A stretch of DNA of 64,000 nucleotides from an uncultured Spirochaetota bacterium (GTDB taxonomy: Bacteria > Spirochaetota > Spirochaetia > SZUA-6 > Fen-1364). The stretch covers positions 2,528,001 through 2,592,000 of the forward strand of contig CAWGAA010000001.1 in the NCBI GenBank assembly GCA_963820525.1, written 5' to 3'. Shown in pieces: positions 57,875 through 64,000 of this stretch (positions within the stretch are counted from its first letter, which is position 1; each line of letters opens with the position of its first letter). Made by a program: the position numbers and the translations under genes. Below the pieces are notes generated by a model, which was not told where the DNA came from, ran no database searches, and saw only the letters and a list, made by a program, of their open reading frames with translations.

Positions 57875-58585
57875 TCACTTCTGGCCGGCGGCTTCGTCGA
57901 GATCGCCGCGGTCTTCGAGGGACGCATAGAGGGTGGTGATCGTCGCTTCCAGCTCCCTCTTCAGGCGGATCTTTTCCTCGGGAAAGGGAACGCTGCCGTC
58001 GAATCTGATCGGCTTTCCAATGAGGATGCTCTTGACCCTGCGGTTGACGGCAACGGGAAGGAAGGAGACCGCTTTTCGCGTCTTCTCGAAATAAAGCTTG
58101 GCCAGATGGAGGAATCCGGTGCAAAAATCGAAGAGCACCTCATTGATCATTGGTTTCTGCGAGTCTTCGGGGAATACCAGGATGTTCTTCCCCTGTTCCA
58201 TGAGGCGGAGGCTCTGGTCTACCGTGGACTTGATCTTCTTGCTCTTGTCATAGACGGGAATGGCATCGATGTCCTTCATGAGCGCCACGCAGATACGGCC
58301 GATCACGCGGGCGAAGAACCTTGCAAGGGGTGGGCTCAGGTGCAGCTCGGCCTCGAAGAAATCGGCCTGGATCCTTTTTGCGACGGTGCGGACATCGGTG
58401 ACTTCATGGGCTACCCAGGGGTAGAGCTTCCAGGGAAAGGAGGTGATGATGGAGATCGGCCCGAAAGATCCCGCGTGATTGGAGACCAGAATGACCGGCT
58501 CTCCACGGCTGATATTCTTCATCCCTTTGATCCGGATCTTGAAGAGGAGATAGCGGAAGACTTTATAGAACAAACGGGCAACCAT
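57875..58585 (-). CDS. PlsC-like lysophospholipid acyltransferase family protein
   Basis: VSNH block I (variant NHAGSFGP), AIPV, LVFPE. Confidence 0.8.
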   Translation of the reverse strand: MVARLFYKVFRYLLFKIRIKGMKNISRGEPVILVSNHAGSFGPISIITSFPWKLYPWVAHEVTDVRTVAKRIQADFFEAELHLSPPLARFFARVIGRICVALMKDIDAIPVYDKSKKIKSTVDQSLRLMEQGKNILVFPEDSQKPMINEVLFDFCTGFLHLAKLYFEKTRKAVSFLPVAVNRRVKSILIGKPIRFDGSVPFPEEKIRLKRELEATITTLYASLEDRGDLDEAAGQK

Positions 58586-58611
58586 GGAAACCTTGCACCA
58601 TCGACTATACG

Positions 58612-58660
58612 GGCATAGGCTGTCTATGCCTAAACTAATCCACAGAGCGAATGATGTCAA
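58612..58660 (-). promoter_or_regulatory. Promoter with palindrome at the transcription start
   Basis: TTGACA-17-TAGTTT followed by GGCATAG-N5-CTATGCC. Confidence 0.55.
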
Positions 58661-58710
58661 GGCGAATTGTCAGGATGGTTGAGAGAGGCGGAGCGGCGCG
58701 ACCCGGCCTG

Positions 58711-59682
58711 CTATGTTTCCTTGGGGGTCACTTCGTGCGCGAAGAAGGTATGGATGAACAGGGGGGCAATGAGGACCAGGAAAAGCCCGAGAGAAACCAC
58801 AAGAAGCTGAGCAAGCCCCAGATCGGTCCAGAGGCTTCTCACCACCAGGGAACCGCTCACGATCCCGATCGTGATGAGGGCGCCGGCCTTCAGGACCCTC
58901 TGGCGCAGGCGGACAAAAAGCGCCGATGTGATCCCTAGGATGATGCAGAAGTAGGCCATCGCGGCATCCCACTGACGGAACTGCTCGACGCCCTTTGTAA
59001 GCAGCCGGAAAAGCGAGTCTCCCGTATGCTCAACGGTAAGGGCCCAGATTATCAAGACCGGCAGGGGAAGAAGCATGAGGGAGAGAAAGAGCCAATCCCG
59101 CCTTGCCACCCGAACCGATGACATGACGAAGAGCCCGACGATGAATACGTAGAACAGAGCGAGAAGGGCCAGCTCCCAGACGGGAGCCGGCATCCCGGTT
59201 CCCGTGAAAACGAACGAAAAGGTGGATGCGAATGGATGGCGGGAGAGAAAGCCGATCATGAGCAGAGGGAAGAAAGCATAGCCCGCCCAGGAATACATCC
59301 ATGTCGGGGAGCCCATCCTCCAGCCCTGGATGGTAATCACGGCGATCGCCCCCAGGGCTATGCCCAGAAGGATAGGATCGTGCCAGAAGTGCGTCGCGAA
59401 GAGCACGGCGACGATGAAATGGGGCTGCGAGCCGATGAACGCGTCCACCCAGCTCCCCCGGCTGTACGCCTCGTACATGGCCCGTGCTATCGACCGCGCC
59501 TCTCCGAAGGACGAGATCGCTTCCTGCTCCGCCTGCTCCATCGAGAATCCGGCGCACTCCAGCTCGCTCACCTTCTCCTGGAAATGTGTGGAAAGCTCGT
59601 TCACCACCCTTCTTTCCATCTCGGGGCTGAGGTGAAGATGAGCGCGAACCTCGTCGAGATAGGTATCGATCACTTCAGCCAT
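58711..59682 (-). CDS. Permease-prefix/HAAS-domain membrane protein (PadR-associated)
   Basis: IDTYLDEV...ELSTHF...AISSFGEARSIA N-terminal helical domain followed by about 7 TM. Confidence 0.8.
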   Translation of the reverse strand: MAEVIDTYLDEVRAHLHLSPEMERRVVNELSTHFQEKVSELECAGFSMEQAEQEAISSFGEARSIARAMYEAYSRGSWVDAFIGSQPHFIVAVLFATHFWHDPILLGIALGAIAVITIQGWRMGSPTWMYSWAGYAFFPLLMIGFLSRHPFASTFSFVFTGTGMPAPVWELALLALFYVFIVGLFVMSSVRVARRDWLFLSLMLLPLPVLIIWALTVEHTGDSLFRLLTKGVEQFRQWDAAMAYFCIILGITSALFVRLRQRVLKAGALITIGIVSGSLVVRSLWTDLGLAQLLVVSLGLFLVLIAPLFIHTFFAHEVTPKET

Positions 59683-59707
59683 GCTGCAAGCACCGCCGCA
59701 CCAGCGT

Positions 59708-60061
59708 TCATCCCTCGGAAGGCTTGAGAATGAGGTCCATGGCGCTGGAAAAGCTCTGCCACATCGCAAGCTTCCTGGCCAGGAATTCACGACCCTGCTC
59801 GGTCATGATGTAGTACCTGCGTTCCTGCCCGTTGGAGAGCTTCTTCCACTCTCCCTTGATGAGCCCGTCGTTCTCGAGCTTGCGAAGAGCAGGGTAGACC
59901 GTGCCCTCCCGGAAGCGGAAGTAGCCCCGGCTGCGTTCTTCTATCTCCTTGATGAGTCGATATCCATAGATCTCACCGCGCTCATTGATGAGGTAGAGCA
60001 GGAGCGAATCCGTGTTCCCCCGAAGCAGATCGGAATCGTAGCCGAGCCCTTCTCCAGCCAT
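59708..60061 (-). CDS. PadR family transcriptional regulator
   Basis: YGYRLI, EGTVYPALRKLE..GLI, RRYYIMTEQG; TTGACA-18-TATCCT promoter at 60093-60122. Confidence 0.92.
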   Translation of the reverse strand: MAGEGLGYDSDLLRGNTDSLLLYLINERGEIYGYRLIKEIEERSRGYFRFREGTVYPALRKLENDGLIKGEWKKLSNGQERRYYIMTEQGREFLARKLAMWQSFSSAMDLILKPSEG

Positions 60062-60162
60062 ATCCGCACCCTCGCTTTCCCTTTTCATATCAAGGATACG
60101 TTCGCTCGAAAGATGCTGTCAATACTTCTCGGGGTGGTGTATCCTCCTGTCCGGAGACATTC

Positions 60163-60753
60163 ATGAGGGAAAAGAGGGCAAAAAAAACGGGGACGGCCCG
60201 CGCGCTTGGGGCGAAAGCTGCAAGCCCGAGGGGCAAACCGGCGAGCCCGGGCGGCCAGAGAACCCGGCTGCTCAAGGATCTCACCGCCGCGATCAGGCAG
60301 ATCGATGAGGAGGGGCTTCTGTTCCTGCTCCGTCAGGCGAATGTTCTTATCCATAATGCCAGGGTCGACGTCTTGAACCGTGAAGCGGAGGAGTTGGAGA
60401 AGAAGGCGACAAAGACCCGCGGATCGGGAGCGGCCGCATCGGTCTCCTCCCGGGGGCTTCGAATGGCGGGCTCCGCCCCTTATGCAGCCGTCGAGGAGTC
60501 TCCCGACGGGAAGGTCATCTTCCTGGTCCTGGGAAAGTCGCGCAAGGTGATGAACGTCGAGGAAATCAAGCAGCTGGTGCGGATCTGCTATGGTGCCGAG
60601 ACGAAAAGTGATGCCCAGCGCCAACTCTTCAATGTTCTCGCCCGCGAGCGCAAGGACGTTCTTGTGGACGCGGGAATCGGGGCTCCCGCAAGCCCCATCC
60701 TGGAGGCTCTCTTCCATGCCTTGCGGGAGAAATACAGGCTCAAGGACAGGTAG
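60163..60753 (+). CDS. Hypothetical protein with basic N-terminus
   Basis: 196-aa ORF, GGAG SD, divergent from padR, 9 bp before the next gene. Confidence 0.65.
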   Translation: MREKRAKKTGTARALGAKAASPRGKPASPGGQRTRLLKDLTAAIRQIDEEGLLFLLRQANVLIHNARVDVLNREAEELEKKATKTRGSGAAASVSSRGLRMAGSAPYAAVEESPDGKVIFLVLGKSRKVMNVEEIKQLVRICYGAETKSDAQRQLFNVLARERKDVLVDAGIGAPASPILEALFHALREKYRLKDR

Positions 60754-60762
60754 ACGGGAAAG

Positions 60763-61293
60763 ATGTCACTGCGGGAAATCGACGGAAGGTACTACTTCAG
60801 CTACAACCACATCCACGACACCGTGAAAAAGCTCGCGGGCATGGTGGAGGCGTCCGGCTTCGCCGCCGACGTCATGGTGGCCATTGGAACGGGAGGGTTC
60901 ATCCCCGCCAGGATCCTGAAAACCTTCCTCAACAAGCCGATCCTGACCGTCGGGATCACCTACTATGGGACCGACAACAAGCCCTCGAGCTCTCCCCGGA
61001 CCATCCAGTGGATCGATGAGGTCGAGAAAAAGCTTTCCAACAAGCGCGTGCTTCTCGTGGACGAGGTGGATGACTCCCGGGTGACCCTCGAATACTGCCT
61101 TCGGGAGCTGCTCCAGCACGGGCCTCGCGAAATCGCCGTGGCGGTGCTCCACAACAAGATAAAGGAAAAGCGCGGGAGCCTCCCCGCCGAGGTGCACCAT
61201 TATTTTGTCGGGGAGGTTCTGGAAGACCGCTGGATCTGCTACCCCTGGGATGCACAGGACATCGAGAGGCACGAAGAGCTGGCGCGGGGCTGA
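60763..61293 (+). CDS. Purine phosphoribosyltransferase (type I PRT)
   Basis: AIGTGGFIPAR, PRPP motif VLLVDEVDDSRVTL, WICYPW. Confidence 0.88.
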   Translation: MSLREIDGRYYFSYNHIHDTVKKLAGMVEASGFAADVMVAIGTGGFIPARILKTFLNKPILTVGITYYGTDNKPSSSPRTIQWIDEVEKKLSNKRVLLVDEVDDSRVTLEYCLRELLQHGPREIAVAVLHNKIKEKRGSLPAEVHHYFVGEVLEDRWICYPWDAQDIERHEELARG

Positions 61294-61304
61294 CAGGAGC
61301 CGCG

Positions 61305-62303
61305 CTACTCCGTATCGAAGGGCGTTCCCAGGGCGGACGGCGGGGTGGCGTTGAGGGCGCGCAGGAGCCTCGCCGCGATCCGCCGAAGCGGTTGGGGCAA
61401 TCTCGCCAGAGTCCTTTCCACCCATTCGGCATTACCGATGTTGACTAAGAGCAGCGTCAGGATCATCAGGGGGAAGGGCGCCACCTGCAATACCTGGGAG
61501 GGGACGCCGGGCAGGAGAGGCTGCAGCACGAGCCCAAGCCACTGGAGCAGGGAGAAGAGGTAGGCCCCGAAGGCGGCTCTGAACGGATTCCACCCGCCGA
61601 AAATCGTGATGGCAAGCACTATCCAGCCGATCCCATCGAGACCCGAGATGGTCCCCTTCCAGCCCGCTTTCACGGAGAGCGAGTAGATCGGTCCGGCCAG
61701 GCCCGCGATAGCTCCGCCCGCCACTGTATAGAGGTAACGGAGCCGGTTGACGTTGGCCCCCCTTATGTAGGCCGCCGCGGGCCGCTCGCCGATTCCTCTG
61801 AGCATGAGTCCGGGACGGGTTCTGTAGATGAACACCCACGAGGCGATGACAAGGATGAAGCTGAGATAGGTCATCACGTCCAGCCTGAAGATCAACGGGC
61901 CGAGCACCGGAATGCGGTCGAGCAGGGGGATGGGCATTGTCGAAAGGCGGGGGGCGGTCTCCCCCATGATGGGGTTTCCCAGAAAATAGGAAAGATCCCG
62001 GCACAACAGGGCGAGGACGAAACCCACCGCCACCTGTGACTGCTTCAGCGTGATACTGGCAAACGCCACCACCAGGGCCACCAGAGCGCCGATCAGCGCT
62101 CCGGCGAGAAATCCCAGCGCGATCGACTGCGTCATGAAGGCTGCCGCGAATCCCCCCATAGCGCACAGGAGGATTGTGCCGTTCATGGAAAGGTTGATCA
62201 CCCCCGCGCGCTCCGACACCGTCTCGCCGATGACGGCAAAAAGAACGGGGGCGGCGGCTGAAAGGACCCCGGAAAGGCTGATGAGCAGAACGTCGGAGCT
62301 CAT
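61305..62303 (-). CDS. Sugar/nucleoside ABC transporter permease
   Basis: SERAGVINL, RGIGERPAAA, GWIVLAITIFGGW. Confidence 0.9.
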   Translation of the reverse strand: MSSDVLLISLSGVLSAAAPVLFAVIGETVSERAGVINLSMNGTILLCAMGGFAAAFMTQSIALGFLAGALIGALVALVVAFASITLKQSQVAVGFVLALLCRDLSYFLGNPIMGETAPRLSTMPIPLLDRIPVLGPLIFRLDVMTYLSFILVIASWVFIYRTRPGLMLRGIGERPAAAYIRGANVNRLRYLYTVAGGAIAGLAGPIYSLSVKAGWKGTISGLDGIGWIVLAITIFGGWNPFRAAFGAYLFSLLQWLGLVLQPLLPGVPSQVLQVAPFPLMILTLLLVNIGNAEWVERTLARLPQPLRRIAARLLRALNATPPSALGTPFDTE

Positions 62304-62310
62304 TGCGCGC

Positions 62311-63381
62311 CTACCCCCTTTTCAAAAGCCGCTGGCGAGCGCCCTGAGCCAGCATCACGAACAGCACCAGCGTCCCCTGCAGGACGCCGGCCAGGGATGA
62401 GTCCAGCTTGAGCATGATGGGAAGCTGAATGCTGCCCACGTTCAGCCCCGCGAAAAAGAGGGCAACGGGCGCGGCAAGGGATGCCCTGTAGTTTGTCAGC
62501 ATGGCCACCATGAGCCCCAGGTACCCATACCCGCTTGAGATCGACGGGATGAGGCGGTGATACACCGAAGTGACCTGCACCGCCCCGGCAAGGCCGGCGA
62601 AGATCCCGCACAACGCGAACGATATCATCATGTGCTGCCAGGTGGGGATTCCCAGCAGATACGCGGCCCTTGGGTTCCTGCCCACCGCCTTCAAGCGCAG
62701 CCCGAAATAGGTCCCCTGGATAAGGGAATAGATTATCATGATCGACAGGATCGCCATCACGACGGCAGCGGGGCTCAGCCGGGACTGGGCCGTCAGCGTG
62801 GGCATCCAGAGGGACTGCGGGAAGGGCATTGTCCCCGACATGGATGCCACGCCGGGCCGCTTCCAGGGACCGAAAATCAGCCACAGGTTGAGCGCCGTTG
62901 CCACGAAGTTGAGGCCGAGACCCCCGAAGATCTCGTTCACCCCTCCGAAGGTTTTGAGCGCTCCGGCAAGCATGGCCCAGAGGGCGCCGCCGGTCATGCC
63001 CGCCAGAACGCTCATGCCGATCACGAGCGCGGGATTCCAGCCGCTGCTTTGAAGAAGGCGAAGCATCCAGGTCGAGAAGATGGCCCCCAGCGTAATCTGG
63101 CCTTCGATTCCGATGTTCCACAGCCCGACCGTGAAGGTGAGAAGCAGGCCGGAAGTCACCAGGAGCAAAGGAACCCAGGAGACGAGCACGTTCGAGATCT
63201 CATCCCAGGATCCCACGGCGCCGGAAATGATGTCCTTGAAGGCATCCAGGGGCGGAGCCTTGGAAGCGAACAACACGACGGTGGTGAGCGCCAGGGCAAG
63301 GGCGATGGCCCCGATTCGAAATAACGCTTCGGTCCACGGGGAGTTTCTCAAAGCGCCGCCTCCATGGCGAAGCGTTCCCAT
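62311..63381 (-). CDS. Sugar/nucleoside ABC transporter permease
   Basis: WNIGIEGQ, KAVGRNPRAA, GYGYLGLMVA; exact start uncertain. Confidence 0.88.
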   Translation of the reverse strand: MGTLRHGGGALRNSPWTEALFRIGAIALALALTTVVLFASKAPPLDAFKDIISGAVGSWDEISNVLVSWVPLLLVTSGLLLTFTVGLWNIGIEGQITLGAIFSTWMLRLLQSSGWNPALVIGMSVLAGMTGGALWAMLAGALKTFGGVNEIFGGLGLNFVATALNLWLIFGPWKRPGVASMSGTMPFPQSLWMPTLTAQSRLSPAAVVMAILSIMIIYSLIQGTYFGLRLKAVGRNPRAAYLLGIPTWQHMMISFALCGIFAGLAGAVQVTSVYHRLIPSISSGYGYLGLMVAMLTNYRASLAAPVALFFAGLNVGSIQLPIMLKLDSSLAGVLQGTLVLFVMLAQGARQRLLKRG

Positions 63382-64000
63382 CCCTTTCCTCCGATCAGGG
63401 TTCCGAGCTGCTCCACTGTAAGCTCCGAGGCCGAAAGCGGCGGGGAGACCCGGCCGGAGAAGAACACCAGCACCCTGTCGCTGTATTGCAATATCTCGTC
63501 CAGGTCCGACGAGATGAACACGATCGCCGTGCCGCCGGCGCAGCGTTCCTTGAGCTTGCTCCAGATATACATCGTGGACTCGATATCCAGCCCCCGGGTG
63601 GGATGCTCCAGGAGTATCAGCGAGAGGCGTGTTGGAAGGAGCGCCATCAACATGCGCTGCTGGTTTCCGCCGGAGAGCGACTCCACGGTGCTTGCCGGCA
63701 TTCCCTTGATGTTGTAGGTGGCGATGCGCTCGCCGGCCAGGGCTGCCGCCTTTCGCCGGTCAATGAACAGGCCTTTCATTCCCTCGGACAGAACGAAATG
63801 CTCGGTCAGCGTCAGCCCGGGAACCAGGCCCTGCTCCAGCCGCGCAGCCGGCAGATACACGACTCCCCGCTTCTTGAATGCATGGTGCGACTGGCCGGAC
63901 ACGTCGCTCTCATCGATGCATATCCTGCCGGCCACGGGTCTCGACAGGCCGGCGCACGTCCCCAGGAATATCGACTGCCCGGAGCCTTCCATGCCGGCGA
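63348..64000 (-). CDS. Sugar/nucleoside ABC transporter ATPase, C-terminal part (runs off the right edge)
   Basis: LSGGNQQR, EHPTRGLD, ISSDLDEI. Confidence 0.9.
   Translation of the reverse strand, partial: AGMEGSGQSIFLGTCAGLSRPVAGRICIDESDVSGQSHHAFKKRGVVYLPAARLEQGLVPGLTLTEHFVLSEGMKGLFIDRRKAAALAGERIATYNIKGMPASTVESLSGGNQQRMLMALLPTRLSLILLEHPTRGLDIESTMYIWSKLKERCAGGTAIVFISSDLDEILQYSDRVLVFFSGRVSPPLSASELTVEQLGTLIGGKGWERFAMEAAL

Noticed and set aside
1..64000. CRISPR arrays, tRNA/rRNA, IS/integrase, prophage or CBASS-like defence genes
   Set aside because: No regularly spaced repeats, RNA-gene signatures, transposase/recombinase motifs or CD-NTase motifs seen; the nucleotide-signalling genes are class III cyclase/GGDEF/DHH types with no toxic effector nearby

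Overview
GC-rich (roughly 60-65% by eye), gene-dense bacterial chromosomal segment with about 55 CDS. It probably comes from an anaerobic free-living Spirochaetota; this is an inference from spirochaete-style lipoproteins, TPR proteins and hypothetical proteins, and from the MCP and cyclase repertoire. I saw no rRNA, tRNA, CRISPR array, IS or phage genes. Housekeeping and metabolic content: glnS, folD, an AcsE-like methyltransferase, 2-oxoacid dehydrogenase E1a/E1b/E2 without E3, an archaeal-type glyA, a split purH, and the DUF39/NIL-ferredoxin/UPF0280 sulfide-dependent homocysteine module. Transporters include several MFS proteins, a TerC/DUF475 protein and a nucleoside-type ABC system. Signalling genes are unusually abundant. 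The two best candidates for undescribed systems are: (1) 32.8-39.4 kb, an operon of two cNMP-GGDEF paralogues with complementary active-site losses plus a DHH/DHHA1 phosphodiesterase, converging on a lipoprotein + class III adenylate cyclase operon, which suggests a cAMP-gated heterodimeric GGDEF enzyme possibly making a linear dinucleotide; and (2) 31.07-31.27 kb, a 13-codon leader peptide with mutually exclusive anti-SD/anti-anti-SD helices controlling a half-size MFS-like gene. Also noted: a duplicated OMP+lipoprotein cassette, a class IIIb cyclase divergent from a gamma-carbonic anhydrase family gene, two orphan solute-binding proteins beside a hybrid kinase, an ACG start codon, two single-base frameshifts, a decayed ABC ATPase and several apparently leaderless genes. 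All family calls come from motif recognition only; no searches were run.
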